A DNA stretch of 62,106 nt, taken from IMG/VR virus record IMGVR_UViG_3300026530_000001, positions 1 to 62,106 of that record; one strand, given 5' to 3'. This document shows, piece by piece, positions 17,801 through 27,237 of the stretch. Made by a program: the position numbers and the translations under genes. This stretch comes from a virus. Taxonomy: Duplodnaviria > Caudoviricetes. The notes under the pieces are model-generated. The model had not been told where the DNA came from. It searched no databases and worked only from the letters and a program-made list of their open reading frames with translations. The first letter of the stretch is position 1. Each line of letters starts with the position of its first letter.

Positions 17801-19273
17801 GATTACGGTCAATGGACCGCCGAGATGTTGAAAGACTTCGGCGACGATATCAGACCGCACTTGCGCCGAATCTATACTGATTCTTTTAGGCTCTACGAGG
17901 ATCAGCGAAAGCAGTTTCTTCAAGAGTCGAGGACTCGGGGCGCACTCAGAGCGCAGCCGGACGCGAAGAATATTCAGGCGGTTATCAACGACAGATTGGA
18001 TGCACAAACTGCCGCAAGAAAAGCCAGGGCAGACTTGGCGCGGACGTTCCGCGATCTCACCGCGACTCCTCTTCAGAGATTGGGACGCACGATCGTTGAC
18101 GTTACAGGATTGACGCGAGCATTGACGACGACCGCCGATCTTTCGTTCGGATTTCGTCAAGGTAAGATGGGTCTTGCGCGTCATCCTCGCATTTGGGCTG
18201 ATGCTTTTGTGAAGCAATTTAAGGCACTGAACACGAAACAATATGAACGATTGGTTTCCCAACTTGAAACTGATCCCGACTTCAAATATGCCCGCCGATT
18301 TGGGTTAGACATGACATCGGTGGGAGCTTCTGAACACGCGCCGCTAGGAGTCAGAGAAGAAGCGTTTCAATCGCGTTTTGTCCAAAAGTTGCCGATTGTT
18401 CGTCAATCCGAACAGGCATATTCCACGATGGCCGATCATCTTCGGATGGGGTGGTTCAAAGATTACATGGGGAATCTCAGGAAGCTTGGTCTTGATCCTG
18501 ATAACCCAAACGATCGTCCAGCATTTGAAGAGGGCGTGAGCCTAATCAACAATGCAACAGGAAGAGGCAATCTTGGAAAGAGATTACAGGGCGCATCCCC
18601 GGCTTTAGCTACTGTAGCTTTCAGTCCGCGATTCTGGGCCTCTCGATTGAAGATGTTGAGCCTTCCATTTGATCCGCGCACGTACACAACGATGTCTCGG
18701 CCGGCGCGCGTGGAAGCTTTCAAGACCTTGTTTGCTTACGGTGCTTTGGTCAGTTCACAACTTGCCCTAGCTAAAGCTTCTGGCGCTGAAGTGGATACAG
18801 ATCCAAACTCACCTGACTTTCTCAAAGCCCGTTGGGGTAAGTTGCACGTTGATTTCTCGGCCGGGTTTCAAAGTCATATTCGAGTGGCGTTGCGATTGAT
18901 GCGCGCCTTCTACGAGCGACAACAAGGGCGACCAAGTAAGACCGAACCACTGGACGTGCTGGAGCACTACGCGAGAGGTAAAGAGTCTCCTAACTTCTCA
19001 CTCATTCACGACCTATTCTTGAGTAAGAAAACGAAAGTCAGAGGCGAGACTTACGGAACTGATTTCAAGGGCGATCCCACTTCATTGGTTGGCGTTCCCG
19101 GCAATCGCAGAGATACGAGTGCTTTGGCTAATCGCCTTATCCCAATGGTTATTTCAGATGCTTCTGATGCTTATGATCAATCTGGCTTGACTGGCGTTGC
19201 GGAGGTATTGCCTTTGTCTGTTATCGGTGAAGGCGTTTCAACTTACGATCCGAAGAAAAAGCGCGGACATTAA
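14828..19273 (+). CDS. Large ejection protein with N-terminal lytic transglycosylase (SLT) domain
   Basis: QESGG, GAFGRFQVMPET and AYHAG SLT motifs; 1481 aa, largely helical. Confidence 0.8.
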   Translation: MTPQEQLTRQSPPPQIDLDSAIEQLRTKFKVPAIVVQRMVNQESGGNTSAVSPVGAFGRFQVMPETLKTINQQTGKNLDNSNPLDNAYAGLYLLKQNYDKFRQGAPSERGAWMRAVAAYHAGVGNVQKDLASGGMGIPDVGDGLINTRDHVFNIFEGTKPEDFGQAERPVDQPKLLTPKTSVSLGEGAIDETVKPEPIKFTPADSTESNLNRLARSSQNLAEVVRAQGIQLPANHPDLLGKHIEARFDQQPTAEQVDDALLEKLGKGYGDVAQRFRAEMGVPLSSGAAVEQQPDGSFVAHARPTQGFIDAVNAYALGGRQAYEATLNAQTVGRAAVARDMRAELKRGEGIAQDIGQAGTRETLRSAQFMQNLADLARLKSPEDDPNAQAIARAAQTIPQPTTWTGSGAEAGLGTLGAMNRAEALGGGAGFPASQAIEASQRGPEAAYKAGILSLPIIAAPAIGSAVEANLLTPAQRQVLLRTAGSAGLAGGAAAGGATPREIAESALTGAAFPVGAREGNPDVPMDIAAREATTLGVNRAQTVPDFQREIAAREASVNSLPSPRGVRVRDQLRGVQPAEISTTPTRPPAMEQVPESLGVVGPTKPVVPVEEGAKLNRWQHRDFGLVTESASQSGVTRGKVRVLAEDGSEHVIQRPNMRGEGNQIAVPVRQKPIDARAEDTAAQAAENDPFKVIDRRMSAQPEAPPETSIQPAQSTSQEAVPVAASTPSEGGVSVPPKTEGKPVEPAVRAPEPLTRQRSLPQTLERAGLQGGTDRDYTVVTNPEALQRATQRIETDGVDRAASDLAVKKDIGAEDTATGILLIRQLQEQGKLEKAVDVASDLSRKLTQAGQATQAASIVSRLSPEGVLLTVQRQLPEGQKLTRGQTQSLITQAKAVESAESRVAATEKAIQDSGALPVTESAAKQRIGNLQERLTRMEQEARARLDARKAQMIAATKGPRGQRGAAVNPAAVALDIGDYAVIGAAKIARKGIDYGQWTAEMLKDFGDDIRPHLRRIYTDSFRLYEDQRKQFLQESRTRGALRAQPDAKNIQAVINDRLDAQTAARKARADLARTFRDLTATPLQRLGRTIVDVTGLTRALTTTADLSFGFRQGKMGLARHPRIWADAFVKQFKALNTKQYERLVSQLETDPDFKYARRFGLDMTSVGASEHAPLGVREEAFQSRFVQKLPIVRQSEQAYSTMADHLRMGWFKDYMGNLRKLGLDPDNPNDRPAFEEGVSLINNATGRGNLGKRLQGASPALATVAFSPRFWASRLKMLSLPFDPRTYTTMSRPARVEAFKTLFAYGALVSSQLALAKASGAEVDTDPNSPDFLKARWGKLHVDFSAGFQSHIRVALRLMRAFYERQQGRPSKTEPLDVLEHYARGKESPNFSLIHDLFLSKKTKVRGETYGTDFKGDPTSLVGVPGNRRDTSALANRLIPMVISDASDAYDQSGLTGVAEVLPLSVIGEGVSTYDPKKKRGH

Positions 19274-19479
19274 GCTCGGGATTTTGTGGCGAGGTAAGCG
19301 AAGAAGGTAACGAGCGCGACGGCGGCGATTTGAATAAAGAGTAACGAGACGTTCACGCTCTGACTGCCGGTTCGATAGAAAAAGTGGTATCCATAGGGAT
19401 AATGCCAGGGTGGGAACAAGAGCATTAGAGCTATGATCCCAGCTCCGATTAGGAATATCGCACGTTGCGCCTTTGTCAC
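19270..19479 (-). CDS. Small two-TM moron protein
   Basis: Opposite strand to its neighbours; own promoter; two TM segments. Confidence 0.65.
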   Translation of the reverse strand: MTKAQRAIFLIGAGIIALMLLFPPWHYPYGYHFFYRTGSQSVNVSLLFIQIAAVALVTFFAYLATKSRA

Positions 19480-19488
19480 GAGGACAGA

Positions 19489-19517
19489 AGAGTATTCCCA
19501 CCCGCATTCTCTGTCAA
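19489..19517 (-). promoter_or_regulatory. Sigma70 promoter for the moron
   Basis: TTGACA-17 nt-TACTCT, 9 nt before GTG. Confidence 0.7.
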
Positions 19518-19558
19518 ATTTCTTCCGCCATGGCGGACACTTTTCGTCTCGGTTCCAA

Positions 19559-19586
19559 GAAATAAAGGTAGAGAATCGGCTAGGCT
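19559..19586 (+). promoter_or_regulatory. Putative late promoter for the terminase operon
   Basis: GAAATAAA-14 nt-TAGGCT, 6 nt before GTG 19593. Confidence 0.5.
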
Positions 19587-19592
19587 TTTAGG

Positions 19593-20045
19593 GTGACGGA
19601 AGTTACACATAAAAGAGCCCGCAAAGGGCCAATGTTTCTTAAGGAATTGCGCGAGAATGGTGGGTTTGTTGGGAAAGCCTGCGAAGCTGTTGATGTCTCG
19701 AAACAGTCGGTTTACAGGTGGCGCGCAGAGGATAGTGAGTTCGCTGCTGATTGGGATCGCGCCGTTGACTTTGCGACCGAAGACCTAGAAAAAGAGGCGC
19801 GACGGCGTGCGCTTCACGGTGTTGATGAGCCCGTTTTTTATAAGGGAGAGCAATGTGGGCTGATTCGCAAGTATTCAGACACTCTGCTTATGTTCGCAAT
19901 TAAGGCTCGCAAACCTGAGTACCGCGACAGCATCAAGCTCACGATCGAAGATGCTGACAAGCTAATCGACAGTGCCGCGAAAACGCACGGATTACCCTTA
20001 CCTGAGACCTTCGGCGGCGAGCCGTTAGAGAAACCCGAAATGTAA
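19593..20045 (+). CDS. terS: Terminase small subunit
   Basis: HTH (AC...VSKQSVYRWR), LEKEARRRA..GV.EPVFY.G and KYSDTLLMF..KA..PEYRD; upstream of TerL. Confidence 0.85.
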   Translation: MTEVTHKRARKGPMFLKELRENGGFVGKACEAVDVSKQSVYRWRAEDSEFAADWDRAVDFATEDLEKEARRRALHGVDEPVFYKGEQCGLIRKYSDTLLMFAIKARKPEYRDSIKLTIEDADKLIDSAAKTHGLPLPETFGGEPLEKPEM

Positions 20046-20088
20046 GTCTCCCGCCTGTGGCGACCCGTAAGAACGCTCAGTAAAATGG

Positions 20089-21885
20089 ATGATTCCGCAA
20101 ATCCAACTAGGCCCGGATGTGAACACATGGCCGGAGCCTCTACGGAACCGATATTTCGAGAGGCTGAGAGCAAGTCGGTCGTCCATCACTGGCTATTCTC
20201 CGCACACTCCAACTCCCCGCCAGCAACTCTTTCTTGACCTCGAAGACCTTGAGGCTTTCTATGGCGGCGCGGCTGGCGGCGGTAAAACAGACGCCTTGTT
20301 AATGGCCGCACTTCAGTATGTTGATGTTCCCGGCTATTCAGCACTGTTGTTAATGAAAAGCTTTGCTGACCTGTCGAAGCCGGGAGCGTTGATGGATCGG
20401 GCGCATGAATGGCTAACAGGAACCGGCGCGCAGTGGCATTCACTAACGAAGAGTTGGGAGTTTCCGAACGTCGGAGGCAAGGCCGCGACCCTTAGTTTTG
20501 GCTATCTTCAGAATGACGCCGACAAGTACAATTACAGAACTGCGGAATATCAATTCATTGGAATAGACGAACTCACTCGCTTCCTCGAAAAGACCTACAC
20601 ATATCTCTTCTCTCGCCTGCGCCGATTAAAAACAGCTTCGCAAGTGCCAATCAGAATGCGGTCGGCTTCTAATCCCGCCCAACCTGGAGAGCCGGGGATG
20701 CAATGGGTTGAGGGTCGATTCATCCCGGAAGACTTCGATCCGCAAGTCGAAGCTCGATTGGCGCCGAGAGTGTTGACGAAGGAAGGTGTTGACGATCGAA
20801 CCAGTCGAGTGATTACGCGATCGTTCGTGTTCGCCCGTGTCGAAGACAATCCTTATCTCGACGCTGCTGAATACGATCTAGCCTTGTCGGAACTAGACGC
20901 GGTGAGTCATGCGCAGTTGCGTGAAGGTGACTGGAAGATCCGAGCGCGGGGCGACATCTACTGGATGTTCGATCCGCAGTATGTATTTGTCCCGTGGAGT
21001 CGATGGCAAGCAGCGATTGGAGTCAACCAGATTCCTGATCATTGGCTGCTTACAGTGTCTCAGGATCAAGGAACTTCAGATGAGCATATCGGCGCGACGG
21101 GATGGTTCGCTACTGCGGCAAAGGACAGTCCGGTACAAGATTTAGTTGCGATGTACCGGGCTCACATGGTCGTTGAGCAGTCCCCTTCCGAAGTTGGCGA
21201 CGCGATTCTAACGATGATGGGCGCGCGAACTCCGCAGGAAACAGTAAATGCTGCATTGCGCCCTGATGGCTTTGGAGGCACCGCGGAACGCTCTCGCGCA
21301 ACTCGCTGGCTGAACTCACACGAAGCCAAGTCAGAACGACTTGAATATCGGAAGATAGGAATTAACTTCTCGTCATGGGTTGCGGGTCCAAATATCGGCA
21401 TTGCCCAGATGCGCAACTACTTGGCAATCGTAGATCGAGATAAGCCGAACCCGTTCTTTCCTGAGGTGATGGGTCGATCTCGTTTCGTTTGCGTGGTTCC
21501 TGATGAAGACTGGCCGCGACGCCGGCCCGATTCTGTGTGGGCCAGAGTCGAAGCAGAGTTTTCAGCCTATCACTACAAGCAATTGACTTCGGGTGAGCCA
21601 ACTGCCCAAGTGGTGCCGCATCCGCTATTTAATGATTTCATGGACGTGATTCGAGAAGCCGCCTATTCAGCTTTCCCGCCAATCGTCCCTCTTACTCAGG
21701 CCCAACAGAACGAAGAAAAACTACGGCCGGAAATAAGACTCCCGGCGATTCGCAAGGAGGAAGACCCGCTAATTCAGCAGGCAAAGATACAAAGTCGTGA
21801 CTTATATCTGAAGAGAATGGAAGCGGAACAAGGGCGCGCAAAACATAAAACGGTGGTTCCCATTAAAATTCAGTTCCGTAGATAG
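20089..21885 (+). CDS. terL: Terminase large subunit
   Basis: YGGAAGGGKT Walker A, FIGIDELT Walker B, SASNP motif and DNPYLD. Confidence 0.92.
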   Translation: MIPQIQLGPDVNTWPEPLRNRYFERLRASRSSITGYSPHTPTPRQQLFLDLEDLEAFYGGAAGGGKTDALLMAALQYVDVPGYSALLLMKSFADLSKPGALMDRAHEWLTGTGAQWHSLTKSWEFPNVGGKAATLSFGYLQNDADKYNYRTAEYQFIGIDELTRFLEKTYTYLFSRLRRLKTASQVPIRMRSASNPAQPGEPGMQWVEGRFIPEDFDPQVEARLAPRVLTKEGVDDRTSRVITRSFVFARVEDNPYLDAAEYDLALSELDAVSHAQLREGDWKIRARGDIYWMFDPQYVFVPWSRWQAAIGVNQIPDHWLLTVSQDQGTSDEHIGATGWFATAAKDSPVQDLVAMYRAHMVVEQSPSEVGDAILTMMGARTPQETVNAALRPDGFGGTAERSRATRWLNSHEAKSERLEYRKIGINFSSWVAGPNIGIAQMRNYLAIVDRDKPNPFFPEVMGRSRFVCVVPDEDWPRRRPDSVWARVEAEFSAYHYKQLTSGEPTAQVVPHPLFNDFMDVIREAAYSAFPPIVPLTQAQQNEEKLRPEIRLPAIRKEEDPLIQQAKIQSRDLYLKRMEAEQGRAKHKTVVPIKIQFRR

Positions 21886-21930
21886 AACCCTCGAAGCGTT
21901 AAATCAGTAAACCACGGGAGATTAAAGAAA

Positions 21931-22425
21931 ATGGCAAAGACGAAAGCAGCATCGAAGAAACCAGTACCGGGCACACCGGGAGATCCGACCGATCATTCCA
22001 AGCCAGCAACCGCGATTGCGGCCCAGGTTGATCCGAAGGGGACATCGGGTGCCACGATTAACGCCAAAAGTACGGCAGCGACCGCGGTGAGCCGGGAAGA
22101 CCAAGCCGCCAAAGACAAGAAGAGCATGGAAGAGGATCAATCAATCGCCGGGAAGATTCTACGCTCTGGACTGTATTTCGTTCGCGACCATAGCACGGGC
22201 GAAGATTATGTGGGCATTAGTCCGCAAAACAATCCAGACTCGTCAGAAGCTTCCAAGCTGCGATCTGCGGTGACGCCGCTGGGTGTGGTCGCTCCTCGAA
22301 CCGGCATGGTGGTCAGACCGAAGGATGGGCCAGCGTTCACGATCGGTGAAGGGTTCGGCCCTGGCTCGAATCCGGGTGACTGGGCCAGGGTAACGAATCC
22401 CGACGGTAAGCCCCTGTTTGCGTAA
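21931..22425 (+). CDS. Hypothetical protein
   Basis: GGGAG RBS; within the head operon. Confidence 0.6.
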   Translation: MAKTKAASKKPVPGTPGDPTDHSKPATAIAAQVDPKGTSGATINAKSTAATAVSREDQAAKDKKSMEEDQSIAGKILRSGLYFVRDHSTGEDYVGISPQNNPDSSEASKLRSAVTPLGVVAPRTGMVVRPKDGPAFTIGEGFGPGSNPGDWARVTNPDGKPLFA

Positions 22426-22605
22426 ATGCCGAAAGACAGTCTTCATCGGTTTACTGACGCCGAGCATCGGCAGGCAATGAAGATCAGGGCGTCCTACATT
22501 AAGCGCGGTGTTTCAGAGGAAGAAGCCGAACGCCGCGCTTGGGCGACGGTGAACGCCGAGAAATCAGAAAAGAAGATCGGGTTAGGGAGTTTGAGAAAGA
22601 AATGA
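22426..22605 (+). CDS. Small ChaB-like basic protein, 59 aa, not in ORF track
   Basis: MPKDSLHRFTDAEHRQA...EAERRAWATVN. Confidence 0.65.
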   Translation: MPKDSLHRFTDAEHRQAMKIRASYIKRGVSEEEAERRAWATVNAEKSEKKIGLGSLRKK

Positions 22606-22907
22606 GACTCCCGCGCTTTATTCTAAATCCTTCCGTTCGTCCGTGGATTCTTTTATGGCAACGGGAGCGGAGAGCGAATGCTCGTCTTCGCGCAGAGTTG
22701 CGGGAGTGGCAAGGGAAATTCCTTGAGAAAGTGAACACGCGCCCGCTATTCACGCCTGCCCCGAAACCAATAGACCTGGTTGATCGTCCGCCGATTGGCC
22801 CCACGGCGAAAGCGGCATATCTAAAAACTCACGTTTCGCCAAACGCCGTGCCTACTGCGGAAGACATTCTCGCAAGCGCGGAGAGAGCGAAGAATGGTAA
22901 CGGATGA
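22602..22907 (+). CDS. Hypothetical protein
   Basis: ATGA-coupled on both sides. Confidence 0.55.
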   Translation: MRLPRFILNPSVRPWILLWQRERRANARLRAELREWQGKFLEKVNTRPLFTPAPKPIDLVDRPPIGPTAKAAYLKTHVSPNAVPTAEDILASAERAKNGNG

Positions 22908-25447
22908 CGCCAGCGGCACAATTTGAGACTCACGCCGGGGCGCTTGCGCCTCGCAATCCTAATGAGCCTAAAGACCGTCTTGAGCAAGAGCGCGCAGAAG
23001 AGCGAGTCACCGCGCCCAAACTCCACGCTTACCTGAATCGGACACTCGATTCAATTGCCAATCTGGATCAAAGCGAAAATCTTAAGATTCATAACACGAT
23101 GATCCGTGCCGTTGCTTACTACGACGGGCGCTGTGACGGACAGATTCGCAATGGCGAGTGGGTTGATAATTCACCCATCACAGGTGAAATTCTGCCTAAA
23201 GATAATGAGGTCAAACGACAAGTTGACAAGCTCCAGATGGAGATGTGCCGAGGTCGGATTGAATACCATCCCGAAGCAGTAAACAAGTTTAGCGCAGAGA
23301 TGCGCGAAGCGGCCCAATTTGCCGAACGAAGGATCAGGGTCAATCAGGATCGGATCGAAACAGAGCCTTTTATCCAGCGGGAAAATATGTCGCTTCTGTT
23401 GAAGACGTGGGCATTGAGATACACATTTTTCGATCAGGATGCCGACAGCCAGGAAAAGACCGTAGAGATGCGGGCCATGCGGCAAATGACCGCTGGCTCG
23501 CAGATGCAGGTGTGCCGAACGTGTGGGATTACCAAAACAGAACCGGTCTGTCCTAACTGTGGCGACACAGAAGCCAAGGTTCTTTCCTCTCCCGACTCGG
23601 AAGGCATCAAGACTGAGCAGAGCCAAAAGTCGGCAGGACGGGTTGTTACGGTGCAACCTGATGCCACAATGGTTCAGCTTGATCTGAATGGTCGAGATGT
23701 TGAATCAAGCTCTTTTGTTCGCTGGCGATTAGTCCTTAGACGGTGCGACTGGGAAGCGTTTTTCCCCAATACTCGAATTCCTTCCAGTGATGAATCGACA
23801 GAGGCGCGACATCGCGCAGAAAATCAAAACCAACCATCCCAGTCGAATTGGGGCGTCTCTTCTGAATACAGTTCAGGGGGCGATCAGTTTGAGAAGATTG
23901 AAGGCGAGTTAGTTTGGCTCGATCCGAAAGTCTATCAGCGATATGTCAATAAAGAAACCGAGACTTTAGGTAATGGTCGGACACTTCCAGCGGGCACGAA
24001 GTACGTTGAGCAGTACCCCTCGGGGTGTTGTGTTGCGCGCATCGGCAAGACAATTCTTGACGTTTTCCCTTCCAACAAAAACAAGTGCTGGACGATGTGT
24101 GTCTACGGACTCAGAGAACACGCCCTGCACGGATCGGGAATTACGGCGCTGCTTGGTCTTCAGGACATTATCAACGAGGAAAATGCGGCAATCATAGCAA
24201 GCCATATCTACGGAGCTGCTGGCCGGGAGTTGATTCGCTCAGGCGCGATTCAGGGCGGGCAACTTCCAGCGTTGGATCAGGTAGCGTACATTGACGCACC
24301 GCCGGACGTTATGAATATCGCGCAGTGGGCAGCGGGAAGAATACAGCCGAATCCCCTGACCGGCGACGTTTATGGCTTCCGCGAAGCTGTGCGGGGAAGC
24401 CTTCAGGATGCTGCCGGCACGTCGTCCCTTTCTCTCCAGGGCGCCGCGGACATAAAGGCTTTGGGTACGGCTACGGGGGTCGAAGCCTCTCGCGATCAAG
24501 CTGTCGGCCGGATGATCCCAAATCGTAAACTTCAGGCTTCCATGGGCACGGACTGGATCAAGCAAGTGCTCGACTTGGAACGCGAGCACTACTCGCCTGA
24601 GATGTTTCTTGAGATGGCTGGTAAGTGCGATGAAAAGGGCGAGATTGAATACACGGAACGGGGAGTAAGAGCATTCTTTGAATGCGAGGTCAGAAACGAT
24701 CTAATCATCAAGCCTGTCGAGGGGTCTTGGATGCCAACTACCGCGGCCCAAGAGAGAGCGAACGCGGCGGGATTTGCGCAGGCTGTTTCGCAGGTAAAAG
24801 ACCCGCAACTTATCTCCGTGCTGGCGCCGAGCTTTGGGGTTGATTTCTCCGTTGATGAGTGGGGGGCGGCCCAAAGAAACGCCAGCATGAGACTGGAAGA
24901 ATACGCTCGCGTATCAAAGATCGTCTCTGGTGGTGGCTATACAGCTTCGCCGGAAATGGTTCAGGTTGTGCTGGCGAATATTCGCGAGTGGGCCAGAGTT
25001 GATCCGTTGATGGACGATCATCCGGCATTCAGAGACTTCTATCAGGATTGGTGGATATCCGACGAGGGCCGCAACGCCGACTCTCTGTTGCGATTAGTGG
25101 TTAAGACCGTCCACGGCCTCCACCTGAACAAAGGCATGGTTGCCCAAGCTCAGGAACAAAGCGCAGCCTCAATCGCCGCCAAAGCGCCAGAAATGGCTAT
25201 GCAGGAGCAGATGGCAAACCAGCAGAAAGACCAGCAAGCCGCAGAGACGGCCCAAGCTGACGATCAGGGTAAACAGGATGTGGTCACTCAGGCTATTGGT
25301 CAGCAGATGCTCAAGGAAAGAGATCGCGAGCACGAGGCCCAGACACAAGCCGAGTTGAAGGATCACGAAACAGAAAGTCAATCGGATTTGGCTACTCATC
25401 AAGCAATGCTGGACGCCGCACAAGGAGGAAATCATGCCCAAGGGTAA
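22904..25447 (+). CDS. Portal protein
   Basis: 847 aa downstream of TerL; GTATG motif; Gln-rich helical C-terminal tail; internal CxxC...CxxC. Confidence 0.75.
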   Translation: MTPAAQFETHAGALAPRNPNEPKDRLEQERAEERVTAPKLHAYLNRTLDSIANLDQSENLKIHNTMIRAVAYYDGRCDGQIRNGEWVDNSPITGEILPKDNEVKRQVDKLQMEMCRGRIEYHPEAVNKFSAEMREAAQFAERRIRVNQDRIETEPFIQRENMSLLLKTWALRYTFFDQDADSQEKTVEMRAMRQMTAGSQMQVCRTCGITKTEPVCPNCGDTEAKVLSSPDSEGIKTEQSQKSAGRVVTVQPDATMVQLDLNGRDVESSSFVRWRLVLRRCDWEAFFPNTRIPSSDESTEARHRAENQNQPSQSNWGVSSEYSSGGDQFEKIEGELVWLDPKVYQRYVNKETETLGNGRTLPAGTKYVEQYPSGCCVARIGKTILDVFPSNKNKCWTMCVYGLREHALHGSGITALLGLQDIINEENAAIIASHIYGAAGRELIRSGAIQGGQLPALDQVAYIDAPPDVMNIAQWAAGRIQPNPLTGDVYGFREAVRGSLQDAAGTSSLSLQGAADIKALGTATGVEASRDQAVGRMIPNRKLQASMGTDWIKQVLDLEREHYSPEMFLEMAGKCDEKGEIEYTERGVRAFFECEVRNDLIIKPVEGSWMPTTAAQERANAAGFAQAVSQVKDPQLISVLAPSFGVDFSVDEWGAAQRNASMRLEEYARVSKIVSGGGYTASPEMVQVVLANIREWARVDPLMDDHPAFRDFYQDWWISDEGRNADSLLRLVVKTVHGLHLNKGMVAQAQEQSAASIAAKAPEMAMQEQMANQQKDQQAAETAQADDQGKQDVVTQAIGQQMLKERDREHEAQTQAELKDHETESQSDLATHQAMLDAAQGGNHAQG

Positions 25448-25592
25448 AGGACATCAATTCAGCCAGAAGCAGGATCGTCAGGCGCAGCACGTCAAACAGT
25501 CGGAAGAGAAATCCGGCAAGTCGGCGAAAGAAGCTGAGCGGATAGCTTACGCGACGGTCAACAAACAGAAGAGCAGCAAAGGTAAGAAATGA
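25434..25592 (+). CDS. Second ChaB-like basic protein, 52 aa, not in ORF track
   Basis: AGGAGG RBS; FSQKQDRQAQHV...EAERIAYATVNK. Confidence 0.7.
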   Translation: MPKGKGHQFSQKQDRQAQHVKQSEEKSGKSAKEAERIAYATVNKQKSSKGKK

Positions 25593-25922
25593 GACATCGC
25601 CGACGAACTACCAAGCGGTGTCTATGTCGTCATTGTCTTGAGTTTGAAGAGGACGAGGACGGCTAAGTCTTTGGATCAGGAGTCCAGTCCAAGTCAAAAG
25701 TAACAGTACGTTCTGCGTTGGCCTACTTTCGTGACCTTCCAGGTAAGCCCTTGCGTTGGCTCCGCTTTCGGTAAGAACTCCGGCGACAATAAACCCATCG
25801 CTACTAATTCCTCGGTGTCATAGCACCGTCCGGTGATTATCCTTTTCGTATCGCCCGCGCCCATCGACTCGTAGACAGGCGCAGAGCCGTCACCGTCGCC
25901 CGTCCTCAAAACCACACGTAAA

Positions 25923-25950
25923 AACGTAAATCCCAATTTCGTGGTTTCCT
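25923..25950 (+). promoter_or_regulatory. Putative late promoter for the scaffold/capsid operon
   Basis: AACGTAAATCC identical to 9767 and 37310; imperfect -10 (TTTCCT) at N14. Confidence 0.45.
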
Positions 25951-25997
25951 TCTGGCGACATGAATTCTGCCCCGCTTGATGCGGAAAGGGATTACAA

Positions 25998-27218
25998 ATG
26001 CCAGAAAATGCCACTTGGGAATCAGCCGCGACTCCGACGCCCGAACCCGTTGCTCCGGTAACGGAAACTCCGGTAGTTGAAGCACCTGTTGTTCCCGCCG
26101 CTGAAGCCGCAACGCTTGAAACAACGGTAGCCCCTCAGCTTGAAGTTGAGCCTGCTGCCGCGCGTGAGACTGTAAGCGAACCGCAGATCACCGAACCCGA
26201 AAAGGTAGAAACAAAGCCAAAGGATGATTACGTTGCGGAGACGGACGATCCGCCCGAGATTGCCGCGCTATCAAGTGCCGCCTCAAAGCGGTGGGCAAAG
26301 CGACAATTCAAGGACGCTGTTCCTGTTCACAACTTCCTCGACTTTGAGAAGCCTATTTCGACCGTAGGGGACGATCTGCACCGCCTTTCGCCGTCTCGGT
26401 ACACCGAGCATGTAAACGACATCTTCAGACGCCACAGCAAAGACTTGCTTGGCGTGCCTTTTGACGAGGTAAAGATTCGGTTACAGACGAACGGCCAACC
26501 CGCCACTACCACTCCAGCGACTGCTGAAGCCATATCTTCGCGGTCTGTTTCTCTGCCTACTGAGGCCGAACTAAGCCAAATGACTGATGAGCAAGTTGCT
26601 CAGCGGTTTGCTCAAGTTCAAGAGCAGGCAAAACAGCAAGCAGCGACTGAATTCCAAAAGCAAATTGACGATCTCAAGTCACAGTTTGACGCTGTGAATG
26701 GGGAGGTTAAGACGCAGAAGGAATCAGCCGTGCAAGCAGAGATCGGGCAAAAGCAGCACGAGCTTTACACGAAAGTTTGGAGCGTGGTTGAGGACGGGAT
26801 TCGCGATTCTGGATTGGAAGTCTTACCAACCGATCCGCCGAAGATTGCCAGCCTGAAACGGGCCGCATCCGGGCTTCTGGACAAACACAACGTAGAGGCC
26901 GCCTTTGATGCCGTTGACGACAACACAAAGCTCGTCAAGTACGTGTATGAAGCAACGAACCGCAGGGAATTTCAGAACGCTTTCCGCGAGGAAGACAACC
27001 TGAAAGTTCGTGCGCGCGCGGCTTTTGAAACTGTGAAGCAAAGTCCAGAGGTCAAAGCAATCCTTGATGAGATCGAAGCGTATGCCAACCAGTCTAAAGG
27101 AAATTCACGCGCGGCTAATCCTATCCCGCCCGCTCCAGGTTCAAGTTTAGGAGTCACAATTAAGGCTCCGATAAGCTGGGACGAGGCAGAGCGAGCGCCA
27201 TCGGTCATAGCTGCCTAA
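25998..27218 (+). CDS. Scaffolding protein
   Basis: Acidic, Pro-rich N-terminus and coiled coil immediately before the capsid gene. Confidence 0.65.
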   Translation: MPENATWESAATPTPEPVAPVTETPVVEAPVVPAAEAATLETTVAPQLEVEPAAARETVSEPQITEPEKVETKPKDDYVAETDDPPEIAALSSAASKRWAKRQFKDAVPVHNFLDFEKPISTVGDDLHRLSPSRYTEHVNDIFRRHSKDLLGVPFDEVKIRLQTNGQPATTTPATAEAISSRSVSLPTEAELSQMTDEQVAQRFAQVQEQAKQQAATEFQKQIDDLKSQFDAVNGEVKTQKESAVQAEIGQKQHELYTKVWSVVEDGIRDSGLEVLPTDPPKIASLKRAASGLLDKHNVEAAFDAVDDNTKLVKYVYEATNRREFQNAFREEDNLKVRARAAFETVKQSPEVKAILDEIEAYANQSKGNSRAANPIPPAPGSSLGVTIKAPISWDEAERAPSVIAA

Positions 27219-27237
27219 CTTTAGGGAGAATTCAAAC

